In this document: in pieces, positions 21,499 to 32,005 of the stretch | How the letters are laid out: each line of letters starts with the position of its first letter | How positions within the stretch are numbered: the stretch's first letter is position 1 | From: a virus | Direction: 5' to 3' (one strand) | Virus record (IMG/VR): IMGVR_UViG_3300022916_000011 | Location: 1 to 64,000 of that record | Length of the DNA: 64,000 bases | The notes under the pieces: generated by a model | What the model saw: only the letters and a program-made list of their open reading frames with translations | What the model was told of the DNA's origin: nothing | The model's database searches: none | Made by a program: the position numbers and the translations under genes

Positions 21499-21550
21499 TT
21501 TGTTCACCTCATATTTGGGTTGACGTTTTGTTGAACTGCAAAACTTATAA

Positions 21551-21566
21551 TGCAATCACCATACCA
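21551..21566 (-). promoter_or_regulatory. Sigma54 (RpoN)-type -24/-12 promoter TGGTAT-N5-TTGCA
   Basis: Minus strand TTTTGGTATGGTGATTGCA has exact GG-N10-GC spacing, about 50 nt upstream of the first ATG. Confidence 0.7.
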
Positions 21567-21677
21567 AAAAACTTTTTATTGCAGTAAGAAAAATTAAAAT
21601 ACTTGTAAGTCACTGTTTTTAAAGTAAAAGAAAATTAAAAAAAATTATTTTGCTGCATTGTATCATGTGTTCAAAAA

Positions 21678-21793
21678 GTGTCTTATTTGAGACACCCCGA
21701 AAAATAAATATGAGACACATGCTTAACTAGCTGTTTTTGTTCACTTTTTTGTGTCTCACTGTTTTTTTACAATTATGGTACATATTGAGACAC
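21678..21793. promoter_or_regulatory. Putative enhancer (UAS) sites: TGAGACAC/GTGTCTCA half-sites
   Basis: Palindrome GTGTCTTA-TT-TGAGACAC at 21678-21695 plus half-sites at 21711, 21751 and 21786, 110-230 bp upstream of the sigma54-like promoter. Confidence 0.55.
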
Positions 21794-21995
21794 TTTTTTA
21801 TTCAATCAATTCAATATGTTAGCTGTTTTTGCTTCTGAAATTTCGCTCACACTGAACCAAATGGTCAAAGTCACATACTGGTATGGGTTGATGGGTTGCT
21901 TTACAGTGAAGGGTTGTTTTTGTGCTTCTCAGCGCATATTCTGGGTACAGGTAATGTCAAGAAAGACCACCACGACCACTTGGTGTTGCCTCCCC

Positions 21996-22157
21996 AAAAA
22001 TAGGCAGGAAATCCTCAACTTCATTCCTCAGCCTACTTCCAATCAAAAATAGGCAGGAAATCCTCAACTTCACTCCAATAAAAAATAGGCAGGAAATCCG
22101 GAGAAAAATAGGGGTCATTTCCAATTAACCCCCACCTAAAAAAATAGGCAGAAAAAT
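21996..22157 (+). repeat. Iteron-like direct repeats AAAAATAGGCAG(G)AAAT
   Basis: Four copies; the first two extend to CCTCAACTTCA. Confidence 0.8.
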
Positions 22158-22173
22158 CACCAGAAAATAAACC

Positions 22174-22203
22174 TTGACATTCTAGTAGTTGTAGTAGTAG
22201 AGT
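22174..22203 (+). promoter_or_regulatory. Sigma70-type promoter (TTGACA-N18-TAGAGT) for the rightward operon
   Basis: Consensus -35 just upstream of the first plus-strand genes. Confidence 0.55.
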
Positions 22204-22393
22204 AGTTCAAACATCAAAATAGAGAAGGGGGAAGGATGATTAACATAGCATTCGGGTTAGGGGTTATGGCCAGTCTTTATTTCACAGTAGGTTTTATCAG
22301 TTGCATCAAAGCAGCGGATTCAAGATATTCCACCTTTGGTTTCTGTTTAAGTATCAGTTGGGGGATAACCGCTTATTTAGGGAGTTTGATATA

Positions 22394-23626
22394 ATGGAAG
22401 AAGAGACTAAGATTGTAGTTGGTAAAGGGGATCATCGACCTAGTAGTAGGAATTGTATTCCTACAGATCTTGAGCTTTGTGCTGATAGTAGAAGAGAAGA
22501 ATGCCCTTACTACATCAAGGTTATTGTTGATACTAAAGAGGTTAGTTTTTATCAAGGATTTTGTGGTTGGGGATTTAGAAAGGAGGAATAATGTTTAGCT
22601 TTACGATTCATATTTGGCACTGGCGATGGAAACCTCATTTCTTTAGTTCACGGGAACTTCATGAGATTATATTTAGTTGGTTATGTTTTTCTTTTGAGAT
22701 AGATTGGAGTTAAAATGAAAAGAATATGTGGATTTTGTCATTTACCATTTTCAGAAGATGCTATGATTGGAATTGAGAGGGTAACTTTTGATGCGTTGGA
22801 ACATCCTGATACTGAATTTTTTGCTTATCATGGCGACGAAAAAGATATAATACCTGTATGTGAACCTTGCTATTCTGAAAAATCAGGAATTAAGAAAGAG
22901 TTTGCGAATTTGCCACCTTCTTTGCTGAAACATCAATATCCTTCAATAAAAGTAATAGAAAAAGAAAAGTATAGAAGTATGCCTTTAGTAAATCAGAGTG
23001 AAAGTATGATACGGGTTATTTTTACCTGTTCCATAAATGATTGGAGACAAATGCGTAAGGAGTTTTGCTGATGGATACTTATACAAAAGCAAAACTAGAA
23101 GAGGGTAAAAGAATTGGTAAAACTCCTTGGTGTGCTTCTGGTAATGTAGAAGCTTATTTATATAATTATTTAAATCCACCTGGAGATAGAGAGCAGTACC
23201 CCCAAGAAACATATCATGAAGCACAATTAAGGTATGTAGAAGAAGGAGAAATTACACAGGAAGAATATGAGGAAAGAATGAGGAAAGATTTAGAATTTCA
23301 GCATTGGCAATTAAGGAACATTGCTGATAATGCTTTAAAGAAAATGAAAGAAGTTGGAATTCTAGATGAATATCTGTCGAAATATTATTTAAAGGATACA
23401 AATGATGGTCCAAGTTAATCATACCATGTACACAGTGCAGAAGTGTTCTCTTACAGAGGATGAGCTTTATGGTAATAGTCATGCTAGTAAAGATGGATAT
23501 GATACTGTATGTGGATTAGAGATAAACCATCATTGGTATATTATCAATAATACCTATGATGGGGAATATAATTGTAAAAAGTGTGCTAAGATTTTAGAGG
23601 AGAATAGGATAAATGGAGTATTCTGA
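22394..23626 (+). CDS. Small hypothetical genes (22394-22591, 22715-23071, ~23071-23418, 23402-23626)
   Basis: Coupled ORFs, several with CxxC motifs. Confidence 0.6.
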
Positions 23627-25910
23627 GAACGCTTTGAATGTATTCAAGAAATTGTACTTTAAGAAAGATGAAGGAGGAAATCTTTTAGAGGATAATCCTG
23701 ATGAAGTATTTAAAAGGGTATCGGTATTTATATCTGATGATATAAATGATAGCATGAAATGGGAAAAAAGATTTTATGATATGATGAAAGATGGATATTT
23801 TAGACCGAATACTCCTTGTTTGATGAATGCAGGGGTACAAGAGAAACCACAGACAGCAGCATGTTTTGTTGGGGATATGGAGGATGACCTTTGCTCTATC
23901 CTGGATTTTGATCGTGAAGCAGCATTGGTTTTTGCTAGTGGAAGTGGGATAGGTATCAATTTTGGTACTTTGCGGGAAAGAGGAGCAGCTTTGAGTAGTG
24001 GAGGAGAAAGTAGTGGTCCTTTTGCCTTTATGAAAAAGTTAGCATCTACGGGTGAAGCGGTTAAAAGTGGGGGAAGAAGTAGACGTGCCGCTATTATGAG
24101 TATGTTCTTTGATGATCATCCGGACTTATTGGAGTTTATTACTATTAAAAATGGTGTAGATCAAGATTTACGATCTATGAACCTTTCTGTGGCAGCAAGT
24201 GATGCTTTTATGAAAGCAGTTAAGGATGGTAGTAGTTGGGAATTGTGTGGTGTTATAGATGGTAGGATTAAAAGCACACATAATGCCAGAGATATTTTTG
24301 ATCTGATTGCTACGAATGCACATAAAAGTGGAGATCCTGGTATCTGGTTCATTGATAGAGCTAATGCAGATAATGGATTAAACAAACAGTATGGTAGTAT
24401 CACCAGTACAAATCCTTGTGGTGAACAGTCCTTGTTACCTCACGGTGCTTGTGCTTTAGCATCTATCAATCTAGCTAAGTTTGTAGTGGAAGATGGCAAA
24501 TTTGATTATGAAAAGTTTAGAGAAATTGTTACATATGGAACTTATTTCCTCGATTTCATGATTGAAAAGAGTGGATACCCTACAAAAGATTATGAGGATA
24601 TGGCTAAGAATACTAGACCACTTGGTTTAGGTATTATGGGTTTAGCGGATATGTTGTGTTTACTGGAAATTCCTTATGATAGTCAAGAAGCTTATATACT
24701 TTGTGGAAATATAGCGGAAGTGTTAACACAAGAGTCAATTGAAGCTTCAATGAAATTGGCAGAAGATTATGGAGCGTTCCCAGCTTTTAACAATAATATT
24801 AATGGTATGACTGAATTATGTGAAAAGTTTGGTTTTCATGACGATGTACTCAATATTAAACCTCTTAGAAATTCTAGTTGGACTACAATAGCACCTACAG
24901 GTACAATTTCTATTTCTGCTGATTGCTCTCCAGGGATGGAACCTCTTTTCGGTATCACCTACACAAAGAATATAGCGGATTCAGATGAAAAATGGATATT
25001 TGTTAATCCAATTTTTGAAAGTTTACACCATGATAAATCTTGGTATAAGGAAGCAGTCGAGAGAATTGAATTGAATCATGGTTCATGTCAAGGAATAGAG
25101 TGTGTACCTTTAGAAGTCAGGAGGGTATGGAAGACAGCACATGATATTGATTGGAAAGATCGTATTGAAATGCAAGCACACCTTCAAACGTATATCTCTA
25201 ATGCTATTTCATCTACTATAAACCTACCTAGATCGGCTACAGTAGACGAAATCAAAGAGATGTATCTCCTTGCGTGGCAAAAAGGACTAAAAGGAATTAC
25301 GGTGTATCGTGACGGTTCTCTTGACTGTCAACCAGTGGAATTTGAAAAAGAAAAAGAGAAACCACAAAAGAAAGTAGAGAAATTGTGTAAAGGAAGACCT
25401 AAAATTCGTGACGGTAAAACTTATGAAGTAGCTACTGGACATGGAAATGTCTTTATTACAGTAAATCATGATTGTAATGGCAAGATATTTGAAATATTTA
25501 ATGCTGGTGGAAAAGGTGGAGGTAAAAATGCTGCAAAACTTGAGGCTATAGGTCGTTTAGTATCATTGGCATTACAGTATAATGTTCCAATTGACGAAAT
25601 TGCTTCTCAATTGATCAATATAGGGGATGGAAGTATTGCTTGGGATAAATTAGATCCAAATGATACAAAATCAACACCTATATTGAGTATACCTGATGCT
25701 ATTGGAAAAGTTTTGAAAAAGTTTTATTCTAATAAAAATGGTATGGAAGTGAATATGATCGTTGAGCAGGAAAGTATCATTTTAGAAGATACACCAGTTG
25801 AATGTGCAGAACCAGAGAATAAACAACTACTTTGTCCTGAGTGTGGGGGTAATGCAGAAATGAAAGAAGGATGTCTTTTCTGTCCTAGTTGTGGCTCAAT
25901 GTGTTCATAA
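23613..25910 (+). CDS. nrdJ: Class II (adenosylcobalamin-dependent) ribonucleotide reductase
   Basis: PNTPCLMNAG, AACFV, TNPCGEQ, TIAPTGTIS, GLKGITVYRDGS; C-terminal TSCPD-like domain and CPEC/CPSC; no beta-subunit gene adjacent. Confidence 0.9.
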   Translation: MEYSENALNVFKKLYFKKDEGGNLLEDNPDEVFKRVSVFISDDINDSMKWEKRFYDMMKDGYFRPNTPCLMNAGVQEKPQTAACFVGDMEDDLCSILDFDREAALVFASGSGIGINFGTLRERGAALSSGGESSGPFAFMKKLASTGEAVKSGGRSRRAAIMSMFFDDHPDLLEFITIKNGVDQDLRSMNLSVAASDAFMKAVKDGSSWELCGVIDGRIKSTHNARDIFDLIATNAHKSGDPGIWFIDRANADNGLNKQYGSITSTNPCGEQSLLPHGACALASINLAKFVVEDGKFDYEKFREIVTYGTYFLDFMIEKSGYPTKDYEDMAKNTRPLGLGIMGLADMLCLLEIPYDSQEAYILCGNIAEVLTQESIEASMKLAEDYGAFPAFNNNINGMTELCEKFGFHDDVLNIKPLRNSSWTTIAPTGTISISADCSPGMEPLFGITYTKNIADSDEKWIFVNPIFESLHHDKSWYKEAVERIELNHGSCQGIECVPLEVRRVWKTAHDIDWKDRIEMQAHLQTYISNAISSTINLPRSATVDEIKEMYLLAWQKGLKGITVYRDGSLDCQPVEFEKEKEKPQKKVEKLCKGRPKIRDGKTYEVATGHGNVFITVNHDCNGKIFEIFNAGGKGGGKNAAKLEAIGRLVSLALQYNVPIDEIASQLINIGDGSIAWDKLDPNDTKSTPILSIPDAIGKVLKKFYSNKNGMEVNMIVEQESIILEDTPVECAEPENKQLLCPECGGNAEMKEGCLFCPSCGSMCS

Positions 25911-26072
25911 ATAGTATTTGACTTTTTTGAAAAGATAATTTTATACTGCGGTAACTGAAGTGATGATACCAAAGAGAAATAAAACAAACCCTGAGAATTC
26001 TTGCATCGTGAGGTGCAGGAGAGCTATCATCAGCTCCAGTTATTCTCAGGGTTTTCTTTTTGGAGGGTAGTA

Positions 26073-26810
26073 ATGAAAAATTTATGCGAATGTGGTTGCG
26101 GTGAAATAGTTAAGAGGAGATTTGTGTCTGGTCATAATAATAGAGGTAAAACTATTTCTGAATGGCAGAAAGGCAGGATAAGTGCAGCTAATAAGGGGAG
26201 GAAACATTCCGAAGAAACAAAGAAAAAATTAAGTAAACTTAGTACTGGTAGGAAACATTCCGAAGAAACAAAGAAAAAATTAAGTAAACTTAGTAAAGGA
26301 AAAAAACTTTCAGAAGAAACAAAGAAAAAATTAAGTAAACTTAGTAAAGGAAAAAAACTTTCAGAAGAACATAAGAAAAAATTGAGGGAAGCTAATAAGA
26401 ATATTTCTGCTGAAAGACGGCAGAAATTGAGAGATGCGAATTTGGGGAGGAAACATTCCGAAGAAACAAAGAAAAAAATAGGATTCAAGAGTAAAGGAAG
26501 AAAACGTACAAAAAAAGCAAAATTAAAACATTTTATTACTTTAATAGAAAATAGACAGAAAATAGGAATTACAACTGTAAATGGTGGGTACTGCCATGTT
26601 TGGAGTGATAGAGAGTACATTAATGATTTAAGAGGACCAGCGTGTGAACATTGTGGGATAACTAATATGATGAATATTCATTTATGTGGATTTAGATTAA
26701 GTACACATCATAAGAATGGGAAAGAAAATTGTGCTCCCACAGATATTCAAACTTTATGTAATAGTTGTCACACTAAAGAACATCGGAGATTACATTGTAA
26801 AGAGGTATAA
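26073..26810 (+). CDS. Free-standing NUMOD3-repeat HNH homing endonuclease
   Basis: CECGCG N-terminus, repeated [12 protein letters not shown]-terminal HHKNG..N..LCNSCH. Confidence 0.85.
   Translation: MKNLCECGCGEIVKRRFVSGHNNRGKTISEWQKGRISAANKGRKHSEETKKKLSKLSTGRKHSEETKKKLSKLSKGKKLSEETKKKLSKLSKGKKLSEEHKKKLREANKNISAERRQKLRDANLGRKHSEETKKKIGFKSKGRKRTKKAKLKHFITLIENRQKIGITTVNGGYCHVWSDREYINDLRGPACEHCGITNMMNIHLCGFRLSTHHKNGKENCAPTDIQTLCNSCHTKEHRRLHCKEV
26199..26383 (+). repeat. 51-bp tandem repeats encoding NUMOD3 units
   Basis: GAAGAAACAAAGAAAAAATTAAGTAAACTTAGTA repeated three times plus a degenerate copy. Confidence 0.85.
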
Positions 26811-26826
26811 AAATGTGGGTGATATT

Positions 26827-27192
26827 ATGAAATTTTATCGTTATCAAGATATATTCTATAGATCAGGACCAAAGATTGATTTGCTAGAATTTAAGTCAAT
26901 CAAAGAAACCCCAAAAGGTTGGTGGATTGTGTCTAACTACGCTTATCCTAATTGGTTAGACGGCAATCTTGTTGAAGAGATAGATGATAAAAGATGGGTA
27001 TCGGCAACAGCAATGAAACGATTTGCATATCCAACAAAGAAGGAAGCACTTTATAGTTACAAGATGAGGAAAAAAAGTCAAATTAGGATATTAAAAGCAA
27101 GACTATTGAATGCTGAAACTCTATTGGAAGAGATTGATAGAGTAGATTTTGAAGGGAAACCAAAAACTTTTGAATTAAAAGGGGGTACATAA
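26827..27192 (+). CDS. Hypothetical phage protein
   Basis: KETPKGWW...KRFAYPTKKEAL motif-like ORF. Confidence 0.65.
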   Translation: MKFYRYQDIFYRSGPKIDLLEFKSIKETPKGWWIVSNYAYPNWLDGNLVEEIDDKRWVSATAMKRFAYPTKKEALYSYKMRKKSQIRILKARLLNAETLLEEIDRVDFEGKPKTFELKGGT

Positions 27193-27804
27193 ATGAATAA
27201 ATTAAGCGAAATAGTTTGGGCAGTCGAGGTTTCTACATTTGAGGGTAAATTGTTTGAGGGATATCAAGTACCGCCAGATCCAACGGTCCTCAATAAAATT
27301 TATAATAATTCTGTTGCTATGAGCAGGAGAGATTGTGAGGAAAATCCTGAGTTCAAACACATTATTCCTTATGTTGTTCTCACATCTGAAACCAATGATA
27401 TATTCGTTACTAGAAGGACCAGTAATCAAACGGAGGGTAGATTACATGGAAAGGCTTCTATTGGTGTAGGTGGTCATGTGGGACCTATGCGGTATGTTAC
27501 AGTAAAAGATTCCATTCATGTAGGAATGTTGAGGGAATTGCAGGAAGAACTTACTGGAATGGATGCAATAGGTACATCCTTTGATTTTCTTCCTAAATTG
27601 GTAGGTATATTGAGTGACAATTCTAATAGCGTGGGTGCTGTTCATTTGGGATTAGTTTATGAATTGTTGGTAGATCCTGATCGTATGGAAAGTATTAATA
27701 TAAAAGAGACAGAAAATATGACAGGGGTGTGGATGCCTTATGATGATGCTCTCAAAGTAGAAAATTACGAAAGTTGGTCGGCATTGGTTTTGGGGTTAAT
27801 ATAA
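27193..27804 (+). CDS. NUDIX-family phosphoesterase (YmaB-like)
   Basis: SIGVGGHV..., GMLRELQEEL, VGAVHLG, LESWS-like ending. Confidence 0.8.
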   Translation: MNKLSEIVWAVEVSTFEGKLFEGYQVPPDPTVLNKIYNNSVAMSRRDCEENPEFKHIIPYVVLTSETNDIFVTRRTSNQTEGRLHGKASIGVGGHVGPMRYVTVKDSIHVGMLRELQEELTGMDAIGTSFDFLPKLVGILSDNSNSVGAVHLGLVYELLVDPDRMESINIKETENMTGVWMPYDDALKVENYESWSALVLGLI

Positions 27805-28334
27805 TGGAAAAAGTTAAAGTAATAGTAGTGAACGGATTGTCACGTTCTGGTAAAGATTCATTTATTGATGCTATACGCAAGAAAGTTCCTGCTTTAATCG
27901 AACATTCAACAATTTATACAGTTTGGGATTCATTACTTTATCTTGATATGATAAATCCTATCAAGAAAGGTCCAGAAGAGAGAGAATTTCTTGCTGCTGT
28001 GAAACAAGCATGGATCAATTACAATGAGGGTCCTTTTAAAGAAGTAGTACATATGGCAGATGAATTAGAAAAGGAATACGCTTTCACATCTAATATAGAC
28101 AGGGTTTTGTTAGCAGTTCATGTTAGAGAACCGGAAGAAATGAAGAAATTGAAGAGACACTTTGAAGATAGAATGTTTACTGTGAAAGTTACTAGACCTG
28201 AAATAACAGCGCAACCAGGAGATGAAAATGTGAACAATTGGAATTACGATTTTGAGGTGTATAATGAGGGGGATTTGGAATACTTAGACACATTAGTTGA
28301 TGCATTTATTAACTTCTTGAATGAAAGGAAGTGA
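27804..28334 (+). CDS. P-loop deoxynucleoside monophosphate kinase-like protein
   Basis: NGLSRSGKDS Walker A, HVREPEE, YDFEVYNEG. Confidence 0.7.
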   Translation: MEKVKVIVVNGLSRSGKDSFIDAIRKKVPALIEHSTIYTVWDSLLYLDMINPIKKGPEEREFLAAVKQAWINYNEGPFKEVVHMADELEKEYAFTSNIDRVLLAVHVREPEEMKKLKRHFEDRMFTVKVTRPEITAQPGDENVNNWNYDFEVYNEGDLEYLDTLVDAFINFLNERK

Positions 28335-29793
28335 AAGTGGAAACTGATGGTTTAATGAGAACAGAACTTTCTGGTTCCGTAATGTGTGAAATGTCTTCAA
28401 GATTATGTGATATTTTGCATGAAGCATACGTGGAAGGAACCCATATAGATATCAGACATCCTATATTTGATTTTCCTTGTAAATTTGTAATTATTTCTGA
28501 AATAGTGGAAGCTTCACCAAATGGTGCTGTAGTTTTTTTTGAATTGCGGTCTTTTTCATAAAGGAGGGGAAAAATGTTAAGTTTTCAGCCAATAAAGAAT
28601 TGGTTATTTCAAAAGAAATGTGAGGATGACTATAAAGAAATGGTAACATCCTCTTCTACTGTTTCTACTGATGTCTGCTTTATTTGTGGAGAGGAAGAAA
28701 ATGAAACACAAAAATTGGAGTACCTTTACGTTGAGACAGATCCTATTTATGGTATCATGAATAGGGCTATTTATCATAGGGATTGTGTCGAGCATATTGT
28801 GTGCAATTCTGAAAATTTACCAGAAGAAGGTAGAGAGCATTTAAAACAGGCTGTACAAATTGTACAGCAATGGAAGAAAGATGAATTAAGAGCCAAAGAA
28901 GCTCAAGAGGAATTGGAAACACAACTATTAGATAGCAAGTTATTCCTTTGCAAGGAGAATAAATGATATATACAATGATATTTGCATTGTTCATTTTGGT
29001 ATTCATTTTGATAGATAGTTTCAGTAAATTAAAAATACGGGAGGGTTACGATGAAGATTCAAACAACACTAGGGATTATAGTTACACTAGGTACAATTGC
29101 TGGTGGACTAGTAGCAATAGACAGTCATTATGCGAAATCTTCAGAAGTGGAAGAGGTATCTGTCTATATATGCAGGATAGAAAAACGACTAGATGAGAAG
29201 ATACAAACAGATAGAGCTAATTCATTACAAGAACGAATGTGGCGTCTTGAGGATCGTTATACACCAGATAAAGCTAGACAAAAAGATGAGTACCGTAGAT
29301 TGCAACAGGAAAGAGAAGATATTATTAGAAAAAAGGGAAAATAACTATGGAAGAGGTATTTTATGATAAATTAGATAAGAAAGAGCATTGGGCTAAGAAA
29401 ACCTTTAGAGAAAAAGGTGTTTCTATGGGGGATGTAGCCAGAGCATTGGGATTAAGCTATACCTATGTCTGCGGTATGCTATCTGGAAATATCAAGATAA
29501 CTGATGAGCAAGAGGAAAGAATTAAGGAATTGGCGGATTATTTGAACCAATAGGGGGTTGCTATGGTGGAAGAAATAAAGTTAGAAAAAGAATCTTTGTG
29601 TCTGGATTGTGAACATTTGTTTGTTGCTACTGCTCAAGGGGAAAAACCAGAGTTATTCACTAGATCGGTTTGTTTAAAAGATAAGGATCTTTTTGATCAC
29701 TTATGGAATATGGCGCAGGATGTCTTTTTAGAAAAGAAAAATGACGCTTCTATTCCTCATATAATTGAATGTTCGCAGTATTCAGGAGAATAA
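28331..29793 (+). CDS. Hypothetical genes including an XRE-like HTH protein (29347-29553) and a TM/coiled-coil protein (29051-29344)
   Basis: VSMGDVARALGLSYTYVCGMLSG HTH; N-terminal hydrophobic helix in 29051. Confidence 0.6.
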
Positions 29794-29794
29794 T

Positions 29795-30667
29795 ATGAAG
29801 AAATTCGTGTTACTCGGTGCGGCAGGATTTGTTGCACCTCGCCATATGCAGGCGATAAAAGACGTTGGTGGTGAGTTAGTTGCTATAATGGACCCCTCTG
29901 ATAGTGTGGGTATTGTGGATTCATATTTTTCTAATGCTGCGTACTTTAAAACATTTGAAAGGTTTGATCGTCATTGCTCCATGAGAGGGGATATAGATTA
30001 CGTTTCTATTGCAAGTCCGAACCATTTACATGACGCACATTGTCGTTTTGCTTTACGAATTGGAGCGGACGCCATTTGTGAAAAACCTTTGGTATTAAGA
30101 GAGAAAAACCTTGATCAGTTGCTTAAATTAGAGAAACAAACAGGTAAAAGGGTTTGGAATATCTTGCAATTACGGTTAAGTGATGTTTATAAGAGGATTA
30201 TTTCTCATATTAATGAAATAGACGATGGACATTTACTTGATATTTCATTGGATTACTTTGCTCCAAGGGGTCGTTGGTACGACTTTAGTTGGAAGATGTC
30301 TGAGGAACAGTCAGGTGGCCTTGAATGTAATATAGGGATTCATTTACTGGATCTTCTTTGTGAATTTTTTGGTCATTGGGATATGGTTTCAGCTTATGAC
30401 AAAGATATAATGGGAAGGAACATATACTTTTCTGTAGAATTTGCACATGCTACTGTTTATGTGGAACTATCTCTTGACAGATCAGAGAAAAGGGAACTCA
30501 CTATAGATGGAGTTTCTTTTGACCTTACCCCTAATATGAAAAATTTGCACACAAAGAGTTATGAACAGATTTTAGCAGGGAAAGGTTTTGGTATTGAAGA
30601 AGCAAGGCAGGCTGTATCTTTATGCGATGAATTGCGTGATATATCTTTTGAAAGGAGGTATAAATGA
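29795..30667 (+). CDS. wbpB: Gfo/Idh/MocA oxidoreductase, UDP-GlcNAcA 3-dehydrogenase-like (WbpB/WlbA)
   Basis: GAAGFVAPRH, DPSDSVGIVDSYF, SPNHLHDAH, CEKPLV, RGRWY..SWK....SGG..NIGIH. Confidence 0.85.
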   Translation: MKKFVLLGAAGFVAPRHMQAIKDVGGELVAIMDPSDSVGIVDSYFSNAAYFKTFERFDRHCSMRGDIDYVSIASPNHLHDAHCRFALRIGADAICEKPLVLREKNLDQLLKLEKQTGKRVWNILQLRLSDVYKRIISHINEIDDGHLLDISLDYFAPRGRWYDFSWKMSEEQSGGLECNIGIHLLDLLCEFFGHWDMVSAYDKDIMGRNIYFSVEFAHATVYVELSLDRSEKRELTIDGVSFDLTPNMKNLHTKSYEQILAGKGFGIEEARQAVSLCDELRDISFERRYK

Positions 30668-31161
30668 GAGATGATATGAGAGAAACAGGTGACAATGTTC
30701 AAATTCATCCAACTGCAAGAGTGGATTACTGTTATATGGGGAAGAATATTAAAATTTGGCATAATTCTCATATTTGTGACAGGGCAGAAATTGGGGATAA
30801 TTGTATGATCGGTCAGAATGTCTACATTGGACCAGATGTTAAAATTGGAAAAGATTGTAGAATCCAGAATAACGCTTATATACCAGAAGGTGTCATTATT
30901 GGGGATTTTGTTTTTATTGGACCTGGAGTAACATTCACTAATGTTAAGTATCCTGATGCATTGACAGATCAAAGTGGTAATTTTTTGACTACTAAGGTTA
31001 TGGCTGGTGTGGTAATTGGTGCTAATGCGACAATCTTGCCAGGACTAGAGATTGGTAGTGAGAGTTTTGTGGGGGCAGGTTCTGTTGTTACAAAAGATGT
31101 TGAAAATGGAGAAACTGTGGTTGGTAATCCAGCAAGAAATTTTGATAATGGGAGAAAGTAA
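30664..31161 (+). CDS. wbpD: Hexapeptide-repeat sugar N-acetyltransferase (WbpD/WlbB-like)
   Basis: IHPTA, IWHNSHI, IGQNV, GPGVTFTNVKYP, GAGSVVTKDV, VGNPAR. Confidence 0.85.
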   Translation: MRDDMRETGDNVQIHPTARVDYCYMGKNIKIWHNSHICDRAEIGDNCMIGQNVYIGPDVKIGKDCRIQNNAYIPEGVIIGDFVFIGPGVTFTNVKYPDALTDQSGNFLTTKVMAGVVIGANATILPGLEIGSESFVGAGSVVTKDVENGETVVGNPARNFDNGRK

Positions 31162-31614
31162 ATGAAAGACAATGTTATACAAATTGAAAATGATATAAAG
31201 TTAGCTGTTGTGTGTATGCCTGGTTTAGAGTCATTTCTTCCAGATATTGTGCATAGTTTAGAAGAAAACTATTCTGTACAGACATGCTATAGTAAGGATA
31301 TGAATGAAATTAAAGATGTTGTGGAATGGTGCGATATTGTATGGATCGAATGGGCCAATGAACTTGCTATCCATATTACCAATGAATTACCAATTGAAGA
31401 CAAACAGGTGATTATAAGGTTGCATTCGTATGAAGCTTTATCCGGGTATTGTACGCAAATAAAATGGGAAAAGGTAGATGGTCTTATACTAGTTGCACAA
31501 CATATAAAGGATATATTAAAAAACCAAAATATTATTTTACCGGCAGATTTGAGAACGTACATTATTCCTAATGGTGTAGATTGTGATAAATTCAGGAGGG
31601 TAGTTAATGGCTAG
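31162..31614 (+). CDS. GT-B (GT4-like) glycosyltransferase, N-terminal domain only
   Basis: WIEWAN, RLHSYE, ends IIPNGVD (inter-domain linker). Confidence 0.75.
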   Translation: MKDNVIQIENDIKLAVVCMPGLESFLPDIVHSLEENYSVQTCYSKDMNEIKDVVEWCDIVWIEWANELAIHITNELPIEDKQVIIRLHSYEALSGYCTQIKWEKVDGLILVAQHIKDILKNQNIILPADLRTYIIPNGVDCDKFRRVVNG

Positions 31615-32005
31615 AGGAAACTTTGTGAACTGGGATTCTTTAAAAGAAACTTATAACAGGATGCATAATACGCAGTATAAAACAAGTAAAGAATGGGTCA
31701 TAGAGCTATACAATAAGCATAAAAAATATGTCAGTCCTGTATCAGAAGAATTAGGGGTTAGTTTTAATACGGTTAGTAAATATTTGGATGGTCTGGGTGT
31801 TCTGGAAAGAAAACCTAAAGGTGGAAATAACTATATAAATAGACCTATGGGTAAAAAAGAGCAGTTATTTTTAGGAATAACGGAAAAAACTATGTTGGAG
31901 TTAACTAGAAAGCAAGTAATGGAAAGATGCGGAATATCGCATACTACGTTTAATAAATTGGCAAAAAAGTACGGAAGAACTTATTTGAAAGGAAGAAGCG
32001 CATGA
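31607..32005 (+). CDS. Putative HTH DNA-binding protein inserted between the glycosyltransferase halves
   Basis: VSEELGVSFNTVSKYL and VMERCGISHTTFNKL HTH-like segments. Confidence 0.6.
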   Translation: MARGNFVNWDSLKETYNRMHNTQYKTSKEWVIELYNKHKKYVSPVSEELGVSFNTVSKYLDGLGVLERKPKGGNNYINRPMGKKEQLFLGITEKTMLELTRKQVMERCGISHTTFNKLAKKYGRTYLKGRSA

